Of a DNA stretch of 64,000 nucleotides, positions 1 through 13,562 are shown one piece after another (the stretch's first letter is position 1; the number at the start of each line of letters is the position of its first letter). Source of the DNA: the human T2T-CHM13v2.0 reference genome, Homo sapiens. A program made the position numbers and the translations under genes. The stretch is taken from NCBI RefSeq assembly GCF_009914755.1, contig NC_060926.1, one strand, 5' to 3'. Below the pieces are notes generated by a model, which ran no database searches, was not told the origin of the DNA, and was given only the letters and a program-made list of their open reading frames with translations.

Positions 1-1469
1 CCTCCCCACCTCTCCTCTTCTAAATTATGTCATGAGCTAATTCTTTGATAGTCACGTTTTTGTCCAAAATCTAGGAAATGATTACCATTAAAAGGAAAAA
101 ATACATATTTATGATGCATCAAATTTCAGAAAGCTTCACAAGAGAAAGTAAATTATCCTAAGGATTAAATGGTCTTTTCAGTTTGAAATGTGATTCTGGA
201 AGCTTTGTATTTCTCCTTAAAGTAGTAAACAAATAATTGGCCATTCTATAAATCTTTCCAGAATCTCAAAGTCACTTTGTATCATATGTAAATCTAATCA
301 TTAGAATCCTGGATATGTTTTTTTAATACAAAGATATTAATATACTATGCTAAATGTAGGAATAAAATAAAATGACAAAATAATCACCTTTTTCATAAGT
401 TTTCTAAGTTTCCCAAATTAAACCTAATAATTATTGCAGCTTCAAATGTCTTTGGGGTGATTATTGTTTAAAGTCCTCCCTTTTTTTTTCATGTGGGAAA
501 AGAATGCTCTAGCTCATTCTTTATTCCTTAATTAAATGTAGTATCAAATGGCTGCAAAAGACAACCACTGGCTATGTTTTCATACAAACCCCATGCTTAT
601 GAAATCAGTTCTGTGGATTTAATTCACTGACCAGCTAATCTTTATTCTTTTCCTAAATTCATCTGTAAAAAAGAATCCCATTCCAAAGAATAACACAGCT
701 GATCTCTTTGCAGCCCATTTATGTCATTAAAAAGTATTATAACCTAAATATAGGCCTTATATCTTATTAGGGTAGTTTGGAAGATTTACAAATAAAATAA
801 ATGAATTTCTTTATTATGTAAGAAATTCTTTATATTCTACTTATTGCAGAATAAGAACTGCATAGTAGTACAAGGGATAAACTCTCTTGTTCCTCTATAA
901 ATCAACGTGAGACTTGTTAAGCTTCATCAGTTATTCACCTGAGAATAGAAAAGTATCCATTGTGTATTAGAAAAAGGAATATGACATACAATACACACAT
1001 GTGATAGATAGATAAATGGATAGTCATGATGGTTTCAAATAATTTTGCCAATGCACAATACAAGGGCTTTACTTTTAGGAATGCCTTCTGAGTCATTCAT
1101 GTTGAAGAGGGTAAAATTATGTGCCTTTTCTGAACTAAACTCTCCCAGTTATTAATAATATAAAAATGTTAGTTGAAAAATCATTTGCCATAACAAACCG
1201 ACATGGATTAGGTTTCATTCCATATTATTCAGTGTCTTACGGTTATCAACTTTGTGTTGCTTTACAGTCTTCATTTTCTTTCTTTCGACCATTTCAAATC
1301 TAATTAGTGAAGAGTTGAGTAAAGAAAACACTGAATGCATTATATGAGTACATCTGTGTCTATCTTCTTTCTCTCTCTCATTTATCTAAAGTTTTATACC
1401 TGCCAAAGTTTGTAGTTCAAAACTAGAGCAAGTGATCACTTAGTACATTACTTTTTGAATATTAATAAG

Positions 1470-1840
1470 TGTATTAGTCCATTTTCACACTGCTATGAAG
1501 AACTTTCCTGAAGTTGGGTAATTTATAAGGAAAAGAGGTTTAATTGACTTACAGTTCTGCATGGCTGTGGAGGCCCCAGGAAACACAATCATGGTGCAAG
1601 CGGAAGCAGGCACTTTCTTCACCTTCTTCACAAGGTGGCAGGAGGGAGTATGTGCGAGCACGATGAAGTGCCTCACTTTAAAACCATCAGCTCTTATGAG
1701 AACTCACTCACTATCATGAAAACAGCATGGGAGAAACCGCGCCCATGATTCAATGACCTCCCACCTGGTCCCTCCCCTGACATGTGGAGATTAAAATTTG
1801 AGGTAAGATTTGGGTGGGGACACAGAGGCAAACCATATCA
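1470..1840 (-). mobile_element. MaLR solo LTR, THE1D/MSTA-like
   Basis: Begins TGTATTAGTCCATTTTCACACTGCTAT and ends AAACCATATCA, the reverse complement of the THE1/MST consensus termini; about 370 bp. Confidence 0.9.
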
Positions 1841-1914
1841 GTAGGTATTTGGAACTTTAAGTACTATTGTCTTCATTTTATGAATCGAGAAACTTAGTCA
1901 TTAAACCAGAAACA

Positions 1915-2234
1915 ATTTTTATTTTTATTTCATTTATTTATGTAGAGACAGAGTCTTATTCTGTCACCCAGGCTAAAGTACAGTAGTGTGATCATGGCTC
2001 ACTGCAGCCTTAACCTACCCAGCTCAAGTGATCCTTCTTGCCTTAGACTCCTGAGTAGCTGGGGCCACAGGTGCACACCACTATGCCAAGCTAAATTTTT
2101 TTTCTTTTATTTTTTGCAAAGATGGGGTCTCATTATGTTGCCTAGGCTGGTCTCAAGCTCCTGGGCTCACGCAATCCTCCCACCTCAGCCTCTCAAAGTG
2201 CTGAGATTACAGGCGTGAGCCACTGCACCTGGCC
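1915..2234 (-). mobile_element. AluJ
   Basis: T-rich tail followed by a dimeric Alu body ending CACCTGGCC; J-type diagnostics (GCTCAAGTGATCC, CTCCTGGGCTCA). Confidence 0.93.
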
Positions 2235-3576
2235 CGGATAGAATGTTTATAAACAGAGTATTCCTCTGTGAAGTATGTTAGTTCTTAGAAATACAGAAAA
2301 GTCTCTTATGGAATAACAGTAAGTAGAAAAATACACATTTATCTAAATGTAACTACTTGCCTATGATATACATCATTTAGTGATGGCTTAAACTATAAGA
2401 TATTGATCTTCAGAATGATAAAGAGAGTGGGCTTGATGTCATTTGCTTAAAGATGCTTCACCTAGAATGAATATACTTTTTCCACCTTTTCCTCAAAACT
2501 ATTGCCTTCTATTAGTGTTCTGTCAGAAGTAGCTCTCTGGTACAATACTAAGGTGCAAGTATAAGCTGATCTACTTTTTAAAAAACAGCTACGGTGGCAT
2601 CTTTAAGGGGTTTTAAGTCAGCCATAAGGAGTATTAGACCAATAGAGGAGAATCAGTTAAACAACAGGAATAAAAAAAGGGAAGGGTTAAGGAACTTACC
2701 GAAAATAAAGGTATAGGAATTTCTTCCTTTAAAATTTATTTAAATTTTGGAAATATGGGGTAAAAATGAGTCAGTGAGCAGGACGTTTAACTTGACAGGC
2801 AACTTTATAGTTGCAAACCATTTTAAATTTCACTTCGACTTTCCATTATCCCTTAGAGACTCGAAGACCTAATTTAGACTGTCTGGCTACACTATCACAG
2901 GGGGATGATTTGTGCACTTAGGGTATCCCTTGGGGTTTTCTACCTGTTTGGAAATTAAGATGTAAATTAGTATTGTAGTATGTTAGAGGGGTGTACTGGC
3001 AGGCAGTTAATTTCCTTAGGTGAAATTAATGCTCAGAGAGAAATCGTACTTACATATTCAGGTTAGGCTATTACATAGGCACTTCAATGGAGTGAAATTA
3101 CCTTTTCTTCTATTTCATACAAGTGTTGTACAACACAAAAATTACATAATCTTCCATGTTAATAATTACTAATGTCACCTTAAAATATTGTATGCTATTG
3201 AATGATTATGCATTTACTGGAAATGTATACCCCACAGGGTATTTACCAAGTTTCTCTATCAGGCATCATCCTCCCTCTTCCGCCATACCTGGAACTGCTG
3301 TGTTCCTCTTTCACTGTAGGGACTAAGTAGATATGTATTAATTTTTGGATTTTCTTATATTTAGATAGTTTTTGAAAATTTTCTTTTTGGTGATCACTGA
3401 AGTTCTCTGTTAGAGACCTAGTGGCAAAAGTTATTTTAACTTTGTGCTTAGAAAATAAGGACACTCTTCACTTTTACATAAATATAAAGAGGATGCAAAC
3501 ATCAAGTACTTCATTAATTAACAAGAAAACTTTTAGAAATATCATGTGTTTTGTCACCACAATGTGTGGCACAATG

Positions 3577-3590
3577 CCAGCAGATGGCAT
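3577..3590 (+). promoter_or_regulatory. Candidate CTCF core motif overlapping an NFI-type site and an E-box
   Basis: CCAGCAGATGGCAT fits CCASYAGRKGGCRS except at the last base. Motif match only. Confidence 0.35.
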
Positions 3591-5193
3591 AAAAAGTGTT
3601 TGAAACGTGATGTGATTTGGTTTTGCTTTCAGAAAACTAAACAGTTTCTCTTTGGATTGAGCATAGTATCTTCTTCATGTACATGTCATGGATTGCTTAG
3701 ATAGTTTTTACAAGTTCGTTATCTATCTCGTAAAGCCCACATTATTGTAGTTTTTGATACGTATCTCTTTATTTCATCATTTTGACATAGCCATAAATGG
3801 TATCCCACATAGATATTCAAACAATGTACCATTAACTAGGACATAGAAATCCTAGTCATTAGCTAACATGACCCCACGTGGAAATACACCACTTTATGGA
3901 GTGGAAGGGCAAGGGAAGCAGATGGGGGAAGAAGTATGCTCAAAAAATAGAAAAGTATATACAAAGAAATACAAGCCATGAGGTGAATGATAACCAAACA
4001 GATTTTTTTTTTAAATAAGAGAAAAAACAAAAAGTAAAACAGCCTAGATGATAACACATTTTTGCCTGGTCCAGCCTTTGGGAAACCAGATTACATTCTT
4101 TCATCTCATAGTTTCATGGGCATGTATTTTTACCAGGGAAAGAGAATTTGTACATGATAATATTTCTAAATCATACTCTAAATCATTCTCTGTACTTTCA
4201 GAATTAAATCTTGGCACACATGTAGTAAGCCTACATGAGAAGGTGCAGTTCCAATACAACTGAGTGGTTATTAATAAATCAAGTAGTGAAGATCCAGTTG
4301 TAGTTCATTTGAGAGCAAGATTCTGTGAATGCTTTAAATGTATTAACAGTGGTTACTTTGCTCTGCAATGGCTTACAGTCAAGAGAGGGGAAAACTAATG
4401 CATATAAATATTAATACATGATGATACAATCAAATACTAAGCACAGATATAACTTTGTAGAGTGACCTAGAGAAGATATAATTGATTTTGAAGGGCTGAA
4501 TTTTTTAAAAGGGATCTTCAGCTGGGTTTATAGATAAATAGAATTTATATAGCCACAATAGAGAGTTAGAGGTACAGAAAGAAGGACATTTCTTGAAAGG
4601 GGTCTATGGAAACCAAAGCACGCATAAGGGAATGAGGACTCAGAAGTTGAGAAACCTGAACAGAGGGTGCGGGACAGTTTTACTTTGGATCTGTATTCTG
4701 CCTCTTCTTTTCTTCCTTCTTTCTTAGTCTTCCACTTTTTTTCCCTACAAATATTTGTTGAATTACTTGTATGTGTATCTGTTCTTTAACTGTAAGCAGA
4801 AACCCAGTTCATCATGAGATTTTTCATTCTCTCTTCATGCACACAGAATAGTTACATAGATATATACTGCTGTGAATGTCTGTTTCAAAAGCTCACTTTA
4901 ATGAAAGTCTGTTTTTGTCGTAGGTTTTATGAAAAGAAAAAAATAAACATTGATATCTGAACACATGGGAACTAGATGTTCCAACTCACCCTCTTGATGT
5001 CTGTAATTATTTTATTTTGGCACTAATATTACCAAGCTTGTTTATAATTAAAGATAAATGAAATAGTAAAATTAACTACTTTATCTCCTTATTTAAATTT
5101 CAGATGGGAAATTTGGAATTTTACTGTTTAAGTCCTTTGTTAAATATCTAAAAGGGCTCTACTACAGGGAGACGGATTAATTAAAATCAAAAT

Positions 5194-5856
5194 TGTTGAG
5201 GGAATATAATTAAAAACAAAATCTTATACCAACCCAGAAATCCCCTCCACCAAAGTAATAGAAAAAGAAAACACTTTTACTATTAAGCATTAAACCAGAA
5301 TGTGATGAACATTACAGGCAATCCACTAAGATTATAAAAACCAAAAGAAATCTCACTTTTCTATATTGCCAAGTAGATGTAGCCAAGAGTGGGATTACAC
5401 ACATGCTTTCAAGATAAACAACAACCAGTCCTCAAGTAAAAGGACTTGACAGCCCCATCCTAAATTCTTCAGGTAATTGGGGTGATCATCTGTGTTAGCT
5501 AATTGGCTTTCTCTGAGGAGAAACAAATTTCTCATCCCTTTATGACAGGAAGAAGTTTTGCAACTTGGAGCAAGGGTAACCCTGAAGTTAGGCTCCTACC
5601 CTCCCATAGGAACTGGGAGATAGGGGAGCTTTCTCCCTTGATGTTTGCATTTCAAAAAGATAGCCTCAAGGTTCTTGAGAAAGCATTTCTGAGTTGTGAG
5701 GCTAATGGGAGGCTTAGTTAGCCATCATTAAGATTTACATAAATTCTCAAAGAACAAAGAAAGAAATTCTAAAAGAAAAGGGAGGGTAGAAAGCAGTCTC
5801 TATCTACCCTTGTTTTCAGCAGAGAGATTTGAATAAGAGGTATATTTGTCCTTACA
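5194..5856 (-). mobile_element. ERV1-class solo LTR (MER67-like; subfamily uncertain)
   Basis: TG...CA termini (TGTTGAGG...CCTTACA), about 660 bp, body resembles MER4-group ERV1 LTRs; no clean TSD. Confidence 0.6.
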
Positions 5857-7279
5857 GTGTAAAATGAAGGAAATAATTGTTTTTTAAGAAAAGTAGTCAG
5901 TGGATATTTTGGGTTACCTGAGTATATTGTCAGTATATTCTAAAACAAATAACAAATAGGCCTTAAAATGGAAAGATTGAAGTAAGATGATCACTACTCC
6001 TTCACACTCATAGTAACTTGATTGTTGGGTAAATTATTGGAGGGTAGTTCTGCTCATATTTGGCTTTTGCAAGGGAAGGCAGACCTTGTGGAGAGCAGAA
6101 TGGATCATATAAAAAAGGTCTTAAATTTCTACTTGAAATGTGTTTCAGACTGGACATCCTAGCTTTCTGGTGCATTTAACTTAAACTGCTCAACTACTCA
6201 TTCAGTGCTCATTCAAATGTTAATGTGGGCCATCTGCCTCCCCATCCCCATCCTTTTTTATAGCAGGAACAAGCTGAAGGTCACATGACCCTAATTACTG
6301 CAATTATGAGATTTCTGGGAGTAATCACTTAGGTTGCACCCAGAGTGAGCATCTGCTGATGATAAATAGATCAGGAGATTACTAAAGACAGGCTTCCCTA
6401 TAAGATATCCAGTGATTAATTTCTTAATATATATACATATGCACAGCTAAATCCATATGCTCTAATAAAAGCATTCTTTTCCTCACACTTTTTCCTAAAA
6501 TGCCTCTTTAAAATTTAGTAGGAACAGCATAAAATGCATATTTTTTTGTGTGCGAATGTAATTAGAATTCTAAAGAGGGAATAGGGAAGATATTCTAATA
6601 ATGACTAATAATGAAGCAGCAGCCTTTACCTACACAAATTTTAGTTCTCTGTGCAAGGAGAAAAGAATGTCACAAGGGCTTAATCTTTCCAGCAGAAATA
6701 TTATTTCATATTATTTTATTTTGTTTTGTTTTTATTAATTTTGAGATGAAGACCTAATTTCTAATGAAAAGGGTGTGTGTTTAAGGGAAGATTCTTCAGG
6801 CCGCTTAAGACCTTCTGAGGCCCATTCCTTAGCAAGATGAATTCTTTTCCCTTTCATGAGGTCATTTGCTTATTAAAAGGTGGTTGTTTCATAGGATATT
6901 TTCTCACAGTATTGTTTACTTTGCTCCCTATTATATTTTGCTTACTATAAAGCACTTACAGTTTTAAATTCTATTGTGTATTAATTTGACTTATTTTTAG
7001 CCTCTCCCATCTCATGCAGTAATTTTTGAATGACACACTGTGCTAAATATCATGTTAGGAGATGTGGCAGTATTTTTGCAATACCATTGGTTGGTCTCCC
7101 CATGTTGGTTAATGACAATGACATTAAAGGTTATGCATAGTATCTTTCTTCTTTTGAAAATCTCTCCTTTTGCCAATTTGCCCCCAAAGTATGGTTTAGA
7201 GCTTCTTATAATTTCCTTTATAGTATTGAGGCAGGCTAAGCTTATTTCCAGTATGTGTAAAATGACTCTAAATGAATAA

Positions 7280-7370
7280 TTTATTCACTAAACAAATGCT
7301 TTCTTGAGCACCACATCGTGCCAAGAAGTGTGCTAGAAAAGAACAAGAAAGACACAGTCTTGCTCACTTT
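7280..7370 (-). mobile_element. L2 3' end fragment
   Basis: ATTCACTAAACAAATGCTTTCTTGAGCACC...GTGCCAAG resembles the L2 terminus. Confidence 0.5.
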
Positions 7371-10300
7371 TATTCAGGTGGCAGCAGCCTTCTACGTACA
7401 TACATGTACTTTACAACACACTAATATGATGCACCAAAATATAATGTATCATTTCCTAAATGATTTGACCTCATTTATTAATAATTTCAAAATACATCAA
7501 TTGATGGTTTTTAAAAGTCGTTTTGTGGCAGCACCTGTCCAATCCTTCCTCCCCCACCCCCTCTTTTGTCATTACTAGGATATGATTCAACTTATTCTTC
7601 AGGCATAAAGGAGTTTGATTGGATTGTAACCCTTTTCTCTCCTTTTTATCTGTGTTTATGCTTCCTTCCTTGCTTCTTGTAAACTCTTTAATCTTATTTC
7701 AAAAAAAAAATTTTTTTAGGTTGTTAGGACTGATATCTTTCTCTTCTAACTTTTCAGAGAAAGAACAGTTAAGAGACTTTGCAATATTGGAACTCTGTCA
7801 GCTGGGCCCCTATGCCTCTCAAAGATAACATCAAAAGCACATTCATGATCCATCTGAGCTGATATACCAGGAGATTGGGATTTTGTGATCAATAACACAT
7901 TATATGGTCCATTCTATAGCATGTTTTAAAGGAGAAACTGTTTGCTAAATTCCTTAATTGTTGTTTTCATAGGTACTAAAGCTCCTATGGTATTATTTTT
8001 TCAATAAAATTATAAATACATAGCAGTGTAGTTCAGTTCAGTTTTGTAAGACTTCATATTAATTAAATCATAAATTACACAGAAAAATCTTTTGACAAGC
8101 CATATTTTTAGAGCTTTGGTTCAGAAAGTATTGTTTTCATAAATAAAATTCAAATGAGGGAGAATTTGTTCATTCACTTTTAAAGAAGCATCAAAGACCT
8201 GTGTCGAGCTGCTTCTCATACTGGATATAGAACAAGAGTCAGCATCATTTAAACCAGTGCCCCATTAGGATTGATGGGCCTCCTTTTTTTTTTCCACCAG
8301 CTAGATCTCAGCTGTGAAATGAGAAAAATATATTCAGTAAAGACAGTAATATAAATTCCAAGGAGCTAATCAGATTAGAAAGCCATGGCCATACACTTCT
8401 GAATCAAGGCAGAGCCCTGTAAATATGGCTAATGCAAAACCAATGGCACCTGTCACAAAACAGCATTTTGAACTCTAAAAACTAGAGTATCATAGATGCA
8501 GGAAAATAAAATGATTTGGAAGAAGTCTTGCAGGTTGGGATAAGAGAGACCTAAATCATATTGAAGTAGTTGACAAGTCATAAACCTCAGGTTGAGGAAA
8601 ATATTGCCCCTTCTTATATGATGTTTCAAGAAATGTTTGTGACAAATAATTTTTAAAAATAACTTTTGAAAGTGCTGTATAATCAAGCATTGTATTTCTG
8701 ATTGAGAGTTCAAATCCATATATGAAAAAAGTTTCAAAATAATTAATATATGTAAGAGGCCTGCACTTGTAGGTCTCTGCAGTTGTAAGGACGTGGCCTA
8801 AGACCTCAATCCAGGAAATTTATTTAAAGCTCCATATGGAAGTTTTTGTTTTTGTTTTTGTTTATTTACCTTTGGTAAAATCTTAAATTTTCTTCATTCA
8901 GGGAAAGTATCAGTTGATGCTGCTCCCTCAGTAACAAAACGGTTGCATTCAAACTGTTACAACTTACATAGAAAACCCAGAGCACTGAATCAAAGAGATG
9001 TCAACTAACTCATTGAAGCCCACAATTATTGGTGGTGGAGTAAGTGTAGTTGTGACTCTAATAAATTTACAGTTGTCTTTTCCTGTTTATGGTTGCCAAT
9101 ATTGGTCTTTAGATATGATGTATTACATACTTAAAAACCTGGTAAGGAACAAATTAAAATCTGACATTTGCATTCAGCTTAAATTAGTTAAGTCAGTAAA
9201 TGGTTCTTCAGCCTTATTTCCTGCCATCTCTCCTCCTTTTATTCTCCATGTTTTTTTCTGTTAGGAGTGAATGCTTAGACCTCAGTTACTCAGAGCCGTC
9301 TTTCCTACAGTGGGCGAGATGCCCTCACTGTGCACTCCCATAACACCCCGAATGCAATCTCTCATGGCATTTCGCTTTATTCTCCCTCCCTAATCAACAT
9401 GTTTTAAAGATTAATTAGATTCCTAGTTGTTGAAGTCAGAGACCACACATGGCTTGTCATTACTGTCTTTCTGGAACTTAGTGCGTTGCTTGATATAATT
9501 TTAGTGTTTATGATGTTGCCCACATTCACTCTTACTCTCATTGCTGTTGTTGGATTGCTGTTACTATTCCAGCGCCCTGTGTGCCCTTCTCTATTGCTGT
9601 CCTGAGTATTCCCTTTCTAACCACCCTGTCTGAGCTCCTCAGCCTACGTCTTCTGCATGCTGGAGGCTAGACCCAAATGCTAGGCCCTTCTCTTGCCCAT
9701 CTCTTCCAGCCTGCAGGAGCTGCTGCTTCTCCACTGGAGGCTCCTGTCGTAATTCAGCAGTCAAACTGCAATATTTACTTTTAAGGAGCTTGACAGGTAA
9801 AAAGAAATCTCTTCAAACTGCATGAGACCTATTCAGCTCCATTTGGCTTTTTATTCATTTATTTTTCTCTTGCCAGGTGGTCCGAATCAAAGATTGAAGT
9901 GCCCTAGATTTCCAAATTTGTCTTTTATATATTCAGTGTTAAGTGCTTAGTGTTGTTTATAATTTAAACATAACTTTTATAAAACTCTATTTTGAAAAGC
10001 GATGACTAACTATGGATATACATAAAAAGGATGTTAGCAGAAATGAAAAGTTCCGTTTAAGTCCTTCTTAAGGCTTGTCTCATTTAGACAAACAAAAGTT
10101 ACATTGTTTGCCTGCTCACTGATGACTGGTACCATTTTTACTTCCCCCATTTGCTAAATACTCAAAATTTATTTGAGCTTTTTTTTTTATTAAATGCAGC
10201 GAAACAATTTAGTGCATCAAAAACTACATATTGTGGTATGAGTAAATGTTGTTTCACAGCTTATTTTAGCATTCTAGAAAGGTTGGCATGGAAACCTTGA

Positions 10301-11084
10301 GAAGGCATTTTAGATGCTCAGTGATGCATAAAGGCATTCATTTTGAAAGTCCTGTTTATCTTATTTATCCCAATTTAGAATCAATTTTAATAGTTATTTG
10401 TATCTAATTTTAGAAATATGATTTTTTTCAACAGGCAGAAGTAGTTTCTTTAGTCTTTTTCTTTTTTTTCTTTTTTTTATTTTTAACACACATAATCCAG
10501 AGTCAGGGAGAGTTTTCAACAATTAAGCAATATAATTCACTGGATAGAGATATACATTGGAATCATTTAGATTTGGTTTCAAATGCTGGCTGTTAGCTTT
10601 ATGATAATTGCTATGTTAGTAGCCTCGAAACATGAGATTAAACATTAAGATAATAGCAATAAAAGGAAATAAATAAGGTAATACATGCAATACACTATAC
10701 AATATAATATGTTACCAGGTAATATATGTAACACACTTGCATAAAGTATACATTCATCAACTTTCATTATTATATGTGTAAAATAATAGAGCTGGAAAAA
10801 GAAAAATTCAATAAATTACTTTGACTCAGGAACCTTTTCATCATTCATCCTCTTTTCAGTCTTTCTGTCTTGCCTGAACACTGGGAAATGTTGGTTCAAT
10901 TGAATCACAAGACATTCACTAATTTATTTATGAATAAGCTTCTATGGATTACAAAGGGTGTGAAAAAAGTTAATATCAATTTTTTTTTCAATTCATTACC
11001 TGTTGTGTTTGTTATTTGGTTGTTGGTGGATCTCTCTTACCCCATGATAATTAGGGACCATCAGTGTCCCTTGGGATCCAGAGA

Positions 11085-11225
11085 CCTGGTTTCAATTTTT
11101 GTCTCGTCTGCTAAGCAGCTGTGTTACCTTGAATAAGGAAATTCAAATCTTGAGACCTGGGTTTTCTTGTATATAAATTAAATGGAGATGAGCCGTATTA
11201 TTTTTAATATACGTTCTAGCTTTTA
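11085..11225. mobile_element. MIR fragment
   Basis: GACCTGGTTTCAA...GCTGTGTTACCTTGAATAAG resembles the MIR core. Confidence 0.5.
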
Positions 11226-13359
11226 TCCATATTTTTCCAGTAGGATATTAGAAATTAAATAAAGACTATTCTGTATCTACCATCTCTGTAGACATGCTCA
11301 GAGGTTGTCAAACATTTTGGAAATGACTTTTGTTAAGTGAATTAGCTACTAATTTTTTTAAAACTTAGAGTCACAAAACAACTAGCAAATAAATGACAAT
11401 TATTTCTAAATTTGTTTTTAATATAGAGATTAATTTTTCATATCTATATTTAGAAATGACGTCTTCTAATTTTATCTAGGCATAAAACAGCTAAAAAACT
11501 TGATATAGTCTATACCAAAATAACCCAATAATAAAAGTAAGTTGTAATGGGAGAATAACCCAAAGGAGCAATTTTCATGTGAAAAATTTTCCAGTGTATG
11601 AAGAATTGTTATTCACGGAAGGCTAATCTGTTGGCAATGTCTGTTGCTGAGCTGAAGAGGGTTCTGACAAAGCAAGCCCATTCCTGCATGGACTAAGCCT
11701 TCGAGTGGCCTTGAATTAGAAAGGAAGATAATTCTGCCTCTGGAAAAAGATATCATAGTGTAGTTATATAGAAATTACTCCTCAAAAGTTCCAACCCTTC
11801 TAACTAAAGCTTTACCAAAAGAATCCCAAAGAAGATAAACTTTCAAAATTCCGCTAAATAAAAACTCCATTGTCCTTTCAAAAAACATATACATTCTCAG
11901 GGAATTTTGTATAGTTCAAGATTATATAAATAACTTTGTCCAAACTCTTAGTTTCTACATTTCTTTAGAATTTCTCTTTTTCTCCTAAGAAAGTCTGGGG
12001 AAAAAACTCTTCACTATAGTAACTGATTAGTTCCATTTCCTGTCATATTTCTTTTCTTGTGGTTGCTGGTTTCTAGCCAATTCTATTTTTGCATTTATTT
12101 TCCCCCATTACATTCTGTTTCTTTTTTTTCTGGGTAGAAGAATTTTTGTGTTTTTCATTTTGTCAAAATGGAATTCTTCTCATGTTATGTCATGATTTTG
12201 ATATTTTCAAGCTTAAAAAGCAACACAGAGGAGGTTTGTTTACATAATGAAGCATATCATGGGCTTTTTACAGAAGGTCTGATAATTCAGAAAGTATTTT
12301 CAACTAGCAGTGGATTAGCAATGCCTACTTTTTTCATAAGTCCTATTCTTTTGAGCATAGTCAGCTTGAGGCAGCTGTGGTTTAAAAGAGGAAACTAGGA
12401 GTCTAGGAAGTGACCTCATGAAAATGCAGAAAATTAAGAGTTTAAATAGTAATAATATACAAAAGCAAATAGCATATTTCACTAAATGTCTGAGTGCCTG
12501 AGAATTCTGGAAGTGGAGGGAAATCCAATTTAAAGAATATAAAATTAATATCCACATGTGAGTACATAGAGAGAAATACAGAAGGGGGAGGCTGAGAGAC
12601 CTTTCTCAGGCTTTCGTTTTTTGGTTTGTTTCTTTATTTTTTTCTTTCTTTTTTTTTTAAAGAGCACTCTAGATTTATTTGGGTAAAATACGTGAGTATT
12701 TGCTTAGGATATATGCATTTATAAATTTAAAAGAGCAAGGATTCTCCCTGGGGGCAAATCTTTCCTTGGATCATTGAAAACTAACCAAACAGTGTCTTCT
12801 AACTAGATTATCTTCATACTAGATCCTTGCAGAAGTATTAGCTGACCTAAGTCCTATTTTTTGCCACCCTGAAAGTGAAAGAAGGAAGTGCTGCTATAAT
12901 AAGAACTGTAACTAAATCTAACGGCATCCCTGTTTTCTGATGATGGTCATGTGTTAGAAAAGTTTCATTTCATACCTGAGATATAAGATGTACAAATGTC
13001 TTTCCTAAGCTTGATCATCCATGGCAGATCTATGATGGAATATAGTGGGGAATCTGTAAAGCTGACTGACTACAAAACCAACAAATACTTTTTCTTCTCT
13101 CCCAGATTTACTTAATTAAACCAGGAGACTTGTGAATATATGAATAGGACAGAGCTCCAGGCAGATGGACTTTTATGAATTCTGCACCCTCACTATCTGG
13201 AGCTCTTTATACTAATCCTGGCATCTGGGAGAAAAGTGATTGCAAAGTTACACGTTAGAATTGTCTCATTTTCTTGTGGCAGTTCTTAGTGTGATATCTG
13301 GTGGACATCGTTCCTGTATCACCCTGTGTAGAAATAAAAAAGAACACTTAATCCTCACT

Positions 13360-13562
13360 TACTCTACCCTGTATTTTTCTCCATAGCATTTCTATATTAC
13401 TGATATATCTGATATATTTTTTTGTACAATTAATTATTGTTTCACCTAACTAGAATGTTCATAGAGCAGGAACATTTTCTGTTTTGATCACTGATGAGTC
13501 CCTAACATCTAGCCAAGTTTTTGGCACATCATAGTTGCTCAATAATATCTGTTCAATGAATA
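13360..13562 (+). mobile_element. L2 3' end fragment
   Basis: CTAGAATGTTCATAGAGCAGGAAC...TGGCACATCATAGTTGCTCAATAATATCTGTTCAATGAAT is a typical L2 tail. Confidence 0.65.

Noticed and set aside
3243-3330. Possible minus-strand microexon (CCCTACAG|...CAG|GTATGG or TTG|GTAAAT)
   Set aside because: Short pyrimidine tract and unrecognised peptide; expected by chance in 64 kb.
9876-9900. GGTGGTCCGAA resembling a Y RNA 5' end
   Set aside because: The match is only about 8-9 nt and there is no complementary 3' stem.
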